DNA of 64,000 nt, from NCBI RefSeq assembly GCF_009914755.1, contig NC_060941.1. One strand, written 5' to 3'. This DNA is from the human T2T-CHM13v2.0 reference genome, Homo sapiens. This document shows positions 15,915 to 29,489 of this stretch, piece after piece. The notes below the pieces were generated by a model. The model searched no databases and had not been told where the DNA came from. It saw only the letters and a list, made by a program, of their open reading frames with translations. A program made the translations under genes and the position numbers. The first letter of the stretch is position 1; each line of letters begins with the position of its first letter.

Positions 15915-16312
15915 TGCTTCTCTCTCCAGAGACTGTTTGGGCCTCACCACCTCAGCAAAACCTTCCCTAAGTGCCCAGGCTGGGTTAGGGGCCCCTTCTC
16001 TGTGCGTGCGACTATGTATTTCTTGGGAAATACATAGGATTACATACAGTAACATATATTTACATACAGTGTGAGCTCCTGGACTTCTTTTCCATGTCTC
16101 TGGCACCCGACGTGAGAATGGATGTCTGGTGGATGTTTCATAAATGTCAGAACCATCTTGTCATTTGCCCATTTTCCCCCCACATAACCAGATTGTTCTT
16201 TCCTGGTTTGATTATAAGCTCCTGGGGAACAGACCTTTGTCTCTACTACTGGGATGAACATATGTTTTATACACAGTAGGCACTCAATAACTACTACTTG
16301 TTGATTGATTGA
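15915..16312 (+). mobile_element. L2 3' end fragments
   Basis: TCACCACCTCAGCAAAACCTTCCCT; ends ACACAGTAGGCACTCAATAAC..TTGTTGATTGATTGA. Confidence 0.65.
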
Positions 16313-16539
16313 CAGATTGCTAGAGGACTGAATTCCCAACAACCAGTACAATAGCTGGCAGAAAAGGAAACGTTAAAACAAAATTAAGAAACGGGCAGAG
16401 TTTGGGGAGATTTTGAGTGTGTGGGTGGCAGAAGGTACTTTTAGGTTGGGGTCACAGTGCAGCGGGCCGAGCACCAAAGCACAGATATTCTAGAACTGGG
16501 GTTCTACATCAGACTACTACTGTGAGAGCCAAGAGGCTC

Positions 16540-17460
16540 AAAGCCCCCAGAGGGTGACTCATTCTTCCAGCCCTCCGCCTCCTCCTGCCTGTCCAGGTCA
16601 TCTTGATCATCCCATTATCAGAACTGCTGGAGGAATCATCTGGAAGGCTTGAAGTGACTGGGGGGCATCCGCTGGGTTGTGAGAGCTGCTCGGAGGGTCC
16701 CTTGTCTGTCCCAGTCCACCTCCTCCACCCACCTTATGCTGTCACCCCCTGCCCAGGACTGGACCTCCATTCAACTCTTCTGAGCAGAAGGAGCAGAAAC
16801 CATCCTATCTCTGCACTGGCCTGGAATGGACAGTGCTCCCCAGCATGGTTCTAGGGAGTTGCTAAGGTCTGCTGCCCCAGAATCGTTTCTCTGCTGGTCT
16901 GCTGTGGTTTGGGTTGCCAGATAAACTGCAAGATGCCCAGTTAAATTTGAATTTCAGATCAATAAATAATGATTGTTTAGTATAAGAACATCCCATACAA
17001 TATTTGGGAAATCCTTATATTAAAATATTATTTGTCGTTTATCTGATATTTAAATTTAACTGGGTGCCCTGTTTTTTATTTGCGGAATCTGGCACCCCTT
17101 GTTATGGCTTAAACAGGTGGACTATGGGACTTAGTCAGAAAGCAAAATCAGCATAAAGCGGGTGAGATGGCGTGAGTCACTGATGAGATAAGAACGATTC
17201 TAAATCTCAGCCGGAAACCACCTATTGGATGCACAGTGATCCGCTTGTGTGCATCTGGCAGCTTGGAAATTCTACCACGCCCTCGCCAAGGGCACGCTTA
17301 GACGCAGGTGTGGTTGGCACGGGTTCTAGAGAGTGCATGGTTAGGTGCTTCCAGCAGTATGGGAGGGCAGGAGGGAGGAAGAAAGGGAGGAAGACAGCGT
17401 GCACATGTGCTTTGTGGTTATTGTTAAGTAAGCAGAAACACCCACACAACGGAAGTGCAT
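16540..17460. promoter_or_regulatory. Candidate AP-1/RUNX/ETS enhancer
   Basis: AP-1 TGACTCA 16555 and TGAGTCA 17173; RUNX TGTGGTT 16903, 17309, 17413; ETS ACGGAAGTG 17449; several retained CpGs. Confidence 0.45.
16911..17098 (-). mobile_element. MER53 palindromic hAT MITE
   Basis: GGGTTGCCAGAT..CCCAGTTAAATTTGAATTTCAGAT..ATCTGATATTTAAATTTAACTGGG..ATCTGGCACCCC: internal inverted repeat matching the MER53 consensus. Confidence 0.9.
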
Positions 17461-17696
17461 AGAACACAAGGCTGTTAACCTTATACATATGTTTCTCTCT
17501 CTGTCATTCTGTTTTTCTTCCTTTTCACTCATCCTCTTTCTTTTCTTGCTACTTACTTACTTACACAGTCCATGATGGTGGTAAAATGGCCACGTTGCAG
17601 AATACAGAGGGGCGTGGGCTTCCGAACCAGACAGCTTGGATTTTGGTTCTGGCTCTGTTGCTTATTAGCTGTGTCATTTAACCTTTATGAAAACCT

Positions 17697-18333
17697 GTGT
17701 TAGTTCTCTATTGCAGCTGTAACAAATTACCAAAAACTTAGTGGCTTCAAAAAACACAAATTTACTAGCTTACAGTCCTACAGATTAGAAGAACTAACCT
17801 TCTTCTTACTCAGCTGAAAGCAAGGGTTCACTGGGGCTCACTGGGCAGAAATCTAGTCGTCAGAAGGTCACTGGGATGGTCCCAAGGGGAAAATGGGGGA
17901 AATTCTGACAGATTTATTTAGTCACTTTATCTATAAGCACAGCTGCTTAAGGAAACCAAATGGCCTGTTGCCACACACAACCTCGTGACCATTATCGGAT
18001 ACCAGAAAGTCCAGGCCTGCTCAAAACAAGTGCAGACTGGAGTAGGAAAACTACAGTTATCTTTAGATCACCAACATATTATTATAATACTAAAAAATCC
18101 TCCCCTAAGAGGAGACCACCGCCATTTTGCATACATATGAGGTAGGAAGAAGCATGTTTGTGAACCGCGCTGGCGTGTCTGGAACTCCACCCTGTGCCTG
18201 CCCACATACCTCTCTGTCCAGCATAAAGCTCCCATTGCTCCCCCTGCCTGGAGAGAAGGCATCTTTAGAGCACAAGCTCCCCTTCTCCATTCTTTGGCCA
18301 TTGAATAAAATCTGATTGCTTCTCCAATCAAAT

Positions 18334-18364
<31 letters not shown>

Positions 18365-18780
18365 GCAGCCAGTATAAAGTAGAAAAAGAACACAACTTAT
18401 TGGTGCCAAGAAGGGCTGCGTTCCTTTCTGGAAGCTCTGGGGGAAAATCCATGCTTGCCTTTTCCAGCTGTTAGAAGCTGCCCACATCCTGTGGGTCAGG
18501 AGCCCTTCCTCCATCTTCAAAGTCAGCAGTAAGGGGCAAAGTTCTTCTCATGCTGCCATCTCTCTGGTTTTCCGCAGCCAAGAAACAGTTCCCCAATTTT
18601 AAGAACTTGTGATGAGATTGGACCCACCTGGATAGTCCAGGGTACTCTCCCCATTTCAAGGTCCTTAAATTTGATCACATCTGCAAAGTCCCTTTTACCA
18701 CATAAGGTCACATATTGACAGGTTCCCAGGATCAGGGCATGGATATCTTTAAGAGGCCCTTATTCTGCTGACCTCAGCTT
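17697..18780 (-). mobile_element. MLT1D-like MaLR LTR, split by an ERV LTR
   Basis: GCTGTAACAAATTACCA..ACTTAGTGGCTT; GGGCTGCGTTCCTTTCTGGAAGCTCT; GATCACATCTGCAAAGTCCCTTTTACCACATAAGGTCACATA. Confidence 0.85.
17870..18408 (+). mobile_element. ERV1-class solo LTR (family not determined) with internal poly(T)
   Basis: About 540-bp insert interrupting MLT1D; LTR-like ATTATAATACTAAAAAATCC and GAAGCATGTT motifs; AATAAA near 18304; GAAGG on both flanks. Confidence 0.55.
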
Positions 18781-20802
18781 TCACATCCTTATCAGTGCCT
18801 ATGTCAGAGATGGTTGTGAGGGCAGAGGAGTTAGTACATGTAAAGTGTTGGGACACCGTCTGGTATACAGTAAGTGTTCATCGTTACTGCCTCTGCTGAG
18901 CCAGGCCTTGTGCTCAGTGCAGTAGCAGATGCAAAGGTAAATTCCTCGTACCCTTCCAGATGCTGCCAGTGTAGAAGAAGGCTTCTTGGCAACACTGAAT
19001 TTCCCTTCCTTGAATCTATGCTCACTAGGCAGCCTTCTGAACTGCATCTGGTCCTGCAACAGACGCCGCCAGGAGGAAGTAGCCCATGCAAGTGGTCTAG
19101 CATGGGCCCTGCATCCTCCATCTCTGAAGACAAACTTCAAAATCAGACTTTGGGTTTGTTGATCTATTTCTTTTGCACTTGGTTGTTGGAAGCCTGTTCC
19201 CTAGAGGGTCATCCTTGGGTAAGTGACCAAATTTCATATCTGTGAACTTGGAAAGCTCAAAATTCCTGCCTCAAGGTTCAGCCATTCTAGAAATCTACCC
19301 CAGGCACCACACATCGTTTCATTGGAACAAAGCAGCAACTGTCTGCAACATGTAAAGATGTTATGTGAAAAGGGTAATGTATTACCTCAGCAGTATATCT
19401 ACCTGTGCTCATTTTCACATGAGCAAAGTCCAAGTCAGCAGACCCAAAACAGAGGTACTCCTAAGTGTGTATGTACATAAATGTGTGTATATCTAACTAG
19501 GTATGTAGGTAAGTAGGCAGGTAGATAGACAGACAGACAGACAGACATGGAAGAGATTCCTCATTTCCTTCACCTTCAGCAGCAGAAGCATGTTTACTGT
19601 TCATCACAACAATTTTATAACCTATTTAGCATTTCTGAGGTCTCTCTAGCTACACCACTGACCAGCTTGTGTTAACCCCCTGCCCCCAAATATAGAGAAC
19701 GTGTGTGAATATGGAAACTTATGCCATTAAGAGATGTTTCTCTGGGAAGAGTGGGGGTTGGGTGGGTGGCGATGAAAACATTAAACAAATGCATAATACA
19801 GAATAAGTTGGTGAGATTTCATGTTTGGTTTTTGCTGCTGCAGATATCTTCCCCTCCTGTTTTGTTTGTTCATTGTGTTTTTGTTTCTTTGCCTGCCTGC
19901 CTGTTTAGACAAAGCAGAATTATCAGGCACCCATAAGACAAACAACCTACAGAGGCTTAATGAAAGTTAGCGAGAGGACAGAAGTGCACTGTCTGAAAAA
20001 GGGAGAGGCTGAAAAGGTTGAGAGATTTTAAGGTGGGCTTCCTGTAGAGACAGTGGAGGGAATGGGGGTTTAGTAAATGCCATGAGAATTAGGTACTCAT
20101 GCAAGGCTGAGTGATGCAGAAAGGGAGGCTGGACTTTGGGAACCAGGACACCCCACCCTGGCACAGAGCACAGAGCCCAAACTTGACCAAAACAGAGACT
20201 GGCAGCCTTGGGCAGTGGTCATATCAGCCATGTCCAGCAGAGATTGAAAACCATGGGGCACCCTGCAAATGTTCTGTACTGCATAGGAGGCCTCCCAGGA
20301 ATTCTGGATGACTGCACCTCCTCCACTGCACCGTCAAATGGGTGCTGTTGAACTACCCACCAGCCATGCTGCTAGAGGCCTGCTAAGGTGTCTTCTAATG
20401 CAGAGAAAATACTCAAGCCTGAGCCAGTTATGTTAAATAGGAATGCTGAATCTTCAGGACCAAGAATGTTTAAAATAAGGAATCACCATTTTAAATGAAG
20501 AGAAAAAGTGAGAATTGCAAGCAACTACAAAAACAAACAAACAAAAATGAAACATGGCTACCCATCTCAACGGTGACGAAGGCTTCCTGGAACAGGGGAA
20601 CTAGCAGCAGGCAATGCCATTCTGAGCTCCATCCCTGGATACCTCCTTTGATCAGGCAATGAACTACTGGAGCTACTCTTGGACTAGATCTCCAGCCCCC
20701 TGATGCCCCCTCTAATCCATCAACCTCATCTTTCTGAAATGGAAACGTGAGCACACTTCTCTGCTTTTCAAAATACTTCTGCAAGTTTCCATCCATCAAC
20801 AA

Positions 20803-21083
20803 CAATGGTGTTTCTCAGACTGGGTACACAGGCTCCAGGATGGTATGGCAGGACAACCCCCAGGTAAATGTGCACCAGTCCTAGAGTTTATCAATTTTAT
20901 TTTCACATTGGTATATGTAAAAGAGTAGTACACAAACTTAGCTTAAGTTTTAAAGATAAAATATGAGACTCCCTCAAAGTGTTAAGCCTGGAAAATGCTT
21001 TTTTTGGGCTTTGCCTCTGGAGCTGTCAGATTTCCTGTTCCTTCATCTATGCTTTTAAGAGATGAAAAGTTTAAGAACCCATG
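20803..21083. mobile_element. Possible degenerate hAT-Charlie element
   Basis: CAATGGTGTTTCTCAGACT start and AAAAGTTTAAGAACCCATG end resemble Charlie/MER5-type termini. Confidence 0.4.
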
Positions 21084-22899
21084 GGACAAAAATTCAGATT
21101 CCATGGGAGTGCTGCATGAGACCCGTCTGGCTTTACCTCTTATCTATATCTGCAGCTCCTTTATCAATTACTCCATGATACAACTTGCTCTTTAGGATAG
21201 AAACTCAGAGACTTACTCTTTCAAGTGGATGTCCCATTTGCTCACATCCCAAGCCTGCCTTGACCTCCTTTCTTCGTCTCACATGGCATTCTGTGCTAAT
21301 TGCTCCCCCTCCAACACACAAACACATGCATGTGCACACATGTACACACGCACACCCAGCATAGCATTTAAAATCCTCTGGGTAATAATCAGAAAAAAAC
21401 TCCTTCAATAATAAAGACTAACACACATTGAGGGTTGACTACGTGCCTGTGATACTTCCAAACACTTCATCTTATTAGCTCTGCCCCACAACCATGATAG
21501 CGTTCCCACTGGTTGGTGAACTGTTCACTAGACATTGAATTAGTGAAAGCAGTTCTCTATGACTGACAGCCAGAATGGGATGGGATATGGGAAAGACAAG
21601 GAAGGAGGGAGAAGTGGACTATTTAGTGTTCTCCTAGGGCAACTTTTAGTCAGACCTCATATGATTAAGACACAAAGATCCAGGTTTCTCAGCCTGCGTG
21701 GACATCCACTTGGGAGGGTCCAAAGGTCTTGGGAAGGCTACAATTAGTAAGTACATCTTTATGAGTCAAATCACATTGCTGGGGGGTAAAGTCCAGATTA
21801 GATGTCAGTGTCTCTATGGCCTGGTCTGGGTCCTGAGTCGCGAGATGCACCGCTTCATGCTTTTATTAGGAACCTGATAAATGGAACCATCTATCTTTTT
21901 ATTCTCATTCTTTAACGCTAATGAAACAGAAGTCAGGCTTGGAACCTTGAACCTTGTTTAGTGACTAATTCCAGCCACTTTCTGTGATCATTACCTGTGT
22001 TGCTCCCCACTTTAAATCAATTGAAATTGCACTCTTCTTGCAAATTGGAATCACATCAGTTCACTTTTCCCCCCCTATTCATTTGGAGGTTTGAAAAGCC
22101 AAGAAAAAAAATTTCCAGAATAAAAGAAGTCTCTGGGATCCATCTCTGCACAAATGAAAAATAAACCTCCCGGTTCTTAACCCTTGGCAGTCATTTTTCT
22201 TATACCTTGTCCCAAAAGGCCAGTTTCACACACTCCATTAATGCTGGCTGCCACTGGGACAATTACAGACAGACAGCTTTTCCCATTTGAGCAACTTCTT
22301 AAATTTAAAAAGCAACTGTGCAGGAAGGAAGGAGACATGTGGCTGCTCTACTACAGACCTTGTAAAAGGAGGTTCTTCTATGCTATTACCCACCCCCTCC
22401 CATACCTACCTTTCCTACCACACACAAGAGCTGAAATAAAAGTTGCATTTCACTTGTGTTGTGGCTGTTATTTTATTTTACACTCCTTGCTTAAAAAAAA
22501 AAAAAGTCTTCACTTAAAAAAAAATACATCACCCAAACATGTCTGAGATTTTTTGCAAGGCTTGGGTCTGAACCCAGTGCCTTTGATAGGGGCATTTTTC
22601 TTAGCCTGCTGTGGCTAAAGATGGGCATGGTCGGATTTCACTCGCTTGGATTAGGATGGACTTGGCCCTAATATTTTGTTTCTTAATGATTCTTCCAATT
22701 TTTAAGTGTCCCAAGAGATAGCTTTGACTTTCCACCCCAGCCTGCTGATGTTATCTTCCTAGGAACTGCTACATCTTTTAATACAACCTGTATTCAAGTT
22801 CTCCTTATAGGACCTGAGAGATTCAACTGGCAGCATTTAGGACTACCAGGAATCTCCAGTCTGGCGTTGAGATGAGACGCCTGCAGAAATGACTGGAAC

Positions 22900-23095
22900 A
22901 TACGGCAGAGCCTCTGTGGACAAGTCACTCAACCACCCCAGAGCTCACTTTCTCTATCTATAAAGTGGAAATAGCCATAATATCAATATCATAGGTTTGT
23001 GAAATGGGTCAATAAAATAAAGCATGCCACATATGTTACATAACGCCCAGCATGTAGCAAGTTGTTAGCAGGAAGTAATGACAGTGATAATGGTG
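22900..23095 (+). mobile_element. MIR
   Basis: GGACAAGTCACTCAACC..CTCACTTTTCTCTATCTATAAAGTGGAAATA. Confidence 0.7.
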
Positions 23096-23944
23096 TAAAG
23101 CTTGGGATGGGGGACATAAAGAAGAGAAGTTACTCCGTTTGAGAGAAATCAGGGGTGACCTCATAGAGGCGGCAGCATTACAAAGCCCTGTAGGGTTTGA
23201 CAGGCTCAGGTGCAGGTGCAGGGGAGTGCAGGAGGCGGTGAAGGTTGAAGGGAGAGAAACTGAGGATGGGATGACAACAGGCCTCAGGGAAGAGTGAGGA
23301 GACCATTTCATTTTAACTGAGGCATAAAGGGGATGAGGAGGGCAGAGGAGGCAAGGGCTGCCTCCAAGAGAAGCCCAGGTGCCAGGGCAAAGGGCTTGGG
23401 CTTTCTCTTTGGGTGAGAAGAAGCTATAGCAGACATGGAGCAGATTTCTCTTGAAGCACACACTGTTTTATCTAACAGGCTGCCTTCCAGAGCAGTGATG
23501 TCTGCATCAAAGTCATATAATATCAGAGCTGAAAGGCATCTGAAGAATCATCTGATGCAAACCCTTTTTTAAAGATGGGGAAACTGAGGCTCAAAAGGAG
23601 GAGTGATGTTCAGGCAAAGGCTCCAGGACCACATATCACCAGGGAGCAGGAGAGGATTCCTACACTGGGGATGAAGGACATGTCCTCTGTGTCCCTTTCA
23701 TTTTATGGCTTCTGAGATCCTCGCCCAGTCCCCTGCACCCACAGCGATAGCAAAACTCTCTCGGGGAGAAACATGGGTCCTGGCAGCTCTCATCTTCAGG
23801 GGATTAAATCCTATGCATACTTCAATATCCAAAGAAGTGGCTCCCTGAACCTACCTTACTGTCAGAATCATTCGTGAAGCTTTGTAAAGATGTGGGCAAG
23901 TGAGACCTGTCCTTTGAGCTGGGGATTCTGTAGGTCTGAGCTAA

Positions 23945-24257
<313 letters not shown>

Positions 24258-24549
24258 CGTGTCTTTAGCAAGATATTTTCAGAAGCTCCGTGCTCCAAGA
24301 AGGTGCCCTTCATTTCTCCCGACAGTGGGGAGTCCCCTCCTCTTTCCCAGCGTATTACAGTTCCTTTGCAATGATTTTTCTCCCTTCTTCCAGAAAACAT
24401 ATCTGAGTTACCTTTGAAACTCACCCTCATTCATTCCCTTGGCCCTAGGACAATTTTTGTTGTTTGTTTACATGACAGATACTAAATGAAAAAATGTTTG
24501 GTGAATGATTGAAGGAATAACTGAAATACTGTGCAAATCAATGAATAAT

Positions 24550-25230
24550 GGCAATAGTAGAAGCTACTATTCTTAGCACTTGCTCTGTGTCAGACATGGC
24601 TAAATATTTTTTATGTGTGTGTCATTTAAGTCTTGTGTCCCTATGAACAAAATACTATTTTCTTCACTTTATAGATATGGGAACTAAATTCAGAGAGATG
24701 AAGTGACCTGTCCAAGTTCGAACAACTTGTAAGTTATGGAATAAATAATTTTTTAATGGGTGAATAAACAAATCCATGCCGCTCGTTCTGTGATATCCAG
24801 GGCTCTAGTGCTGTCCCTGGCTGGCCTGAAAAAGAAGCAATGTTGCTCTCTTCTGCTCTCTGCCGGCCGAATGTAGTGTAGCACAAAGAGCTCAGAAGTC
24901 TGTCTTAGGCCCTGCATTTGTGGTCTGAGCCCAGAAATTGAGGAATCACGTGACCTTGGGTAACTCATTTCACTTTTCTGAGCCTCTTGTTTCTTTGTCT
25001 TAAAAATGAGAATGACAATCTCATCAATGAAAACTACTTGGGGATTTGGGGGAAACCGAATCAGATAAACAAAGGTGGGCACTTTGCAAGGTTTGGACAC
25101 AATAGTTACACAAATAAAAGCGTCCGCCTTCTGGTGTTGTGGAGATTAATGACCTAATTCTTGTAAAGTGCTTAGACCAGTACCAGGCACATAGCAAGTT
25201 ACCACTCAATATCAATTAATGTTATCATCG
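24550..25230. mobile_element. Cluster of MIR fragments, (-) 24550-24745 and (+) 24870-25230
   Basis: TTTATAGATATGGGAACTAAATTCAGAGAG; GTGACCTTGGGTAACTCATTTCAC..TGAGCCTC; GTAAAGTGCTTAGACCAGTACCAGGCACATAG. Confidence 0.75.
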
Positions 25231-25633
25231 TTATTTCCCTTTAACCCTTTAGTGACTCATCTTCTTTATTCTCTTTTCACCTGTCATGCTCCATCTACCT
25301 GAAATCTTCCTCTTGTCTGACACATTGCTCCTCCAGCTGGATTTGGGCATAGGCTCAGGGTGGCTGCAGTGTGTTGTAGGAATGTGAGAGGTACCAGGAT
25401 GTCCTGTCTACTCTGGCATCAGGAATTCCCAAGGGGTATCTCTGGCCTTGGGCTCTGCACGGGCCCCGTGATCAGCTCCACACCTGTTTGTTCCAAGGAA
25501 TCATGAGCTTAAGCAGAGTTTGGAAGTCTTTGAAAAAGCCTGCAACCTGGGGTTCTTGCCTTGGGGGACACAGATGAGCTTCACGGCCTCCCACATTTGC
25601 TTGCTTGGGTTTATAGGTACATCTCATTTTATT

Positions 25634-25939
<306 letters not shown>

Positions 25940-26847
25940 CCTCATTTTATTGCACTTTGCTTTACTGTACTTTGCAGATAATGCATTTTTTACAAATTGA
26001 AAATTTGTGGCAATCCAGCGTCAAGCAAGACTATAGATGTCATTTTTCCAACAGCTGTCTCTATGATGTCACATTTTTGTAATTCTTGCAATATTTCAAA
26101 CTTTCTTATTATTACTGTGTCTGATATGACGATCTATGATAAGTGATATTTAATGTTACTATTGTAGTTGTTTTGGGGCACCATGAGCCACATCCATATA
26201 AAACAACAAATTTAATTGATGATTGCTGTGTGTGTTCTGACTGCTTCATCTCTTTCCCTTTCTTTGGGAAATTGTTTCCCTGAGACACAACAATATTAAA
26301 ATTAGGCCAATTAATAACCCTACAATGGCCTCTAAGTAGTCAAGTGAAAGAAGGAGTCACACATCTCTCACTTTAAATCAAAAGCTAGAAATGATTATGC
26401 TTAGTGAGAAAGGCATGTAGAAAGCTGAGACTGGCCTAAAGCTACGCCTCTTTCACTAAATAGCCAAATTGTGAATGCAAAGGAAAAGTTCTTGAAGGAA
26501 ATTAAAGGTGCTACTTGTGAACACAGGAATAAGAAGAAAGTGAAAGCCTTCTTGCTGATATAGAGAACGTTTCAGTGGTCTGGATAGAAGATCAAACATG
26601 CCCAACATTCTCTTAAACCAAAGCCTAATCCAGAGCAAGGCTCTAACCCACTTCAATTCTATAAAGGATGAGAGAGGTGAGGAAGCTGCAGAAGTAGTTT
26701 GAAGCTAGCAGAGAGAGGCTGGTTCATGAGGTTTAAAGAAAGAAGCCATCTCCACAACATAAAAGTGCAAGGTGAAGCAGCAAGTGCTGATGTAGAAGCT
26801 GCAGCAAGTTATCGAGAAAATCTAGCTAAGATAATTGATGAAGGTGG

Positions 26848-27220
26848 TGATATAGCTTGAATACATGTCTCCACCAAATCCCACGTTGAGTTGTCCCTCC
26901 CATTGTTGGGGGTGGGGCCTGGTGGAGGTGGAAGGTGTCTGGGTCATGGAGGTGGATCCCTTATGGTTTGGTGCTGTCCTCCTGATAGTGAGTGAGTTCT
27001 CCTGAGATCTGGTTAAGTTTGTGCCCCCCATGCCACTGCCTCGCTTGCACCTTCTTTTGCCATGTGAAGTACCCGCTCCTGCTTCCCCTTCCACTGTGAG
27101 TGGCATGCTGGTGCCATGCCTGTATAGCCACTAGAATCATGAACCAATTTAACCTCTTTTACTTATAATTTACCCAGTCTCAGGTATTTCTTGGTAGCAA
27201 TGCAAGAACAGCCTAATATA
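26848..27220 (+). mobile_element. MST (MSTB-like) solo LTR within Tigger1
   Basis: TGATATAGCTTG..GTGGGGCCTGGTGGAGGTG..CCCAGTCTCAGGTATTTC..CTAATATA; 5-bp TSD GGTGG. Confidence 0.9.
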
Positions 27221-28499
27221 GGTGGCTACACTAAACAATATTTTCAGTGTAGACAAAACAGCCTTATATTGGAAGAAGATGCCCTCTAGGACTTTCATAG
27301 CTAGAGAGAAGTCAATGTCTGGCTTCAAAGCTTCAAAGAACAGGGTAACTCTTTTGTTAGAGGCCAGCGTAGGAGGTGACTTAAGTTGAAGCCAATGCTC
27401 ATTCACCATTTTGAAAATCCTGGGACCCTTAAGAACATCTATTCTGCGCCCATGGATCAAGAAGTAATTTTGACCTTTAAGTCTTATTATTCAAGAAATA
27501 TATTTTATAAAGCTATAGCTGCCATAGATAGTAATTCCCCTGATGAATCCGGGCAAAGTGAATTCAGAACCTTCTGGAAAGGATTCACCATTCTAGATGC
27601 CATTAAGAACATTTGTGACTGATGGGAGAAGATCAACATATTAACTTTAGTGGGAGTTTGAAAGAGATGATTACAACTCTCACGGATGGCTTTGAGGAGT
27701 TCAAGGCTTCAGGGGAGGAAGTCACTGCAGATGGGGTGGAAGTGACAAGAGGACTAAGAAGTGGAGCCTGAAGATGTGACTGAATTGCTTCAATCTCATG
27801 AAAAAACTGGAACAGATGAAGTTCGAAGTAAGAGTTGTTTTTTATGGGTGAGCAAAGAAAGTGGTTTCTTGAGATGGAATCTACTCCTGGTGAAGATACT
27901 GTGAATACTATTGACGTAACAAAGGATTGAGCATATTACATAAACTTAGTTGATAAAGCAGCAGCAGGGTTTGAGAAGATTGACTCCAGTTTTGAAGGCG
28001 TGGGTAAACTGTGGGTAAAATGCTACCGAACAGAATTGCATGCTACCTGTTAAATCCTTTGTTAAAGGAAGGGTCAGTCTACATGGCAAACTTCATTGTT
28101 TTATTTTTAAAAATTGCCACAGTCCCCCAGCCTTCAACAGTCCCCATCCTGATCAGTCAGTAGCCATCAGCATCAAGCTAGCAAAAAGATTACAGATCAC
28201 CAAAGGCTCAGATGATCATCAGCACTTTTTAGCAATGAAATATTTTTTAATTAAGGGCTGACTTTTTTTAGACATACTGCTATTGCACACTTAGTAGACC
28301 ACAGTATAATGTAAATGCAATTTTTATATACACTGGGAAACCAAATAATTTGTGTGACTCACTTTATATTGACTTTATTGTGGTGATCTGGAGCTGAATT
28401 TGCAATATCTCTGAATTATGCCTTTATATCTGTTCTCTGTGGGTTGAGGAGAGTTTTCATTAACATCTCCAAGTTCTGAACTATGGTGCCTGGTTCAAT

Positions 28500-28500
<1 letters not shown>

Positions 28501-28539
<39 letters not shown>
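28501..28539 (+). repeat. (CA)n microsatellite, about 19 units
   Basis: Perfect dinucleotide run. Confidence 0.95.
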
Positions 28540-28541
<2 letters not shown>

Positions 28542-29489
28542 TAGAGGTGAGGGTGTCACAGCCCAGAAGGAGGAAGAGAGGAATTGGCCTAAAGTTGCTA
28601 GGGGTGTCAGTGGGACTTTACTGCAGCTCCTGACACCCAGTCCACAGCCGATCACTACACCATATTCTCCCAAGACTGTCTGACTCTCCTTTGCAAAAAG
28701 AGACAGACTTTTAAATCAGGATTGCCCTATGTCAGAGGGCGTGTTCCCTGAGGTTCGGTGAGGAGTTTGGCCCTGTCCAGAAGGCTCTGTACCAGGTGCA
28801 CAGGAGCAGCTGCATCCAGCTGGAACCTCAGAGCAAATGAGAGTGCCCACATCCCAGGGGGCATCAGTCAGCGGGCATCCCAGGGGCTTCTCTTAGCTTC
28901 AGAAACCCTCCCTTGTGATTCACTACCACCCTGGGAGACAAATGGAGCAAGTGAGTGCCTCTCCATTTAACAGATGGGAAAACTGAGGCCCTGAGGGATT
29001 AAGTGACTTGCTCAGAGTTTCACAGTCAGACAGAGGCAGAGCTGGGCAGCCCCTCAGCTCTGTGCATTTTGTCTACAAGCAAGGTGACTTTGGGTTTAGT
29101 GTGTTCATGTTTCAACAAGAATGTAAGTTTGGGATCAGACATATGTTACCCCTGTTGGATAGTAGCTTTGCAATCAGTCTTTGCAAAAAATATCCAGAAC
29201 AAGGCTAGAACAAGGTGGTACAGAAACAAATAACACGTGTTACAGTTACATATGAGCTTGGATTACCTCCTTTATAGAAGGAAGTGGAGACATCCTTCAT
29301 GCAGAGATTTAGGATCTCTCACTAGCACTAACCCTCTTGCCCCCACCTAGTGTTTATTCCAATCACCCCTGTTGCTTTTTATCAAATGAAAGATACAGAT
29401 CCACTTTTAAGAGTAAAGAAGAGAGGAAGCACAGTTTATTAATTACCCATTGGTATCCCAAGGACTTGTGCTTCCATTATCTCATTGTT

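Noticed and set aside
16911-17098. Calling a MIR1302 gene
   Set aside because: The mature-equivalent sequence has several mismatches, including in the seed; only MER53 is supported.
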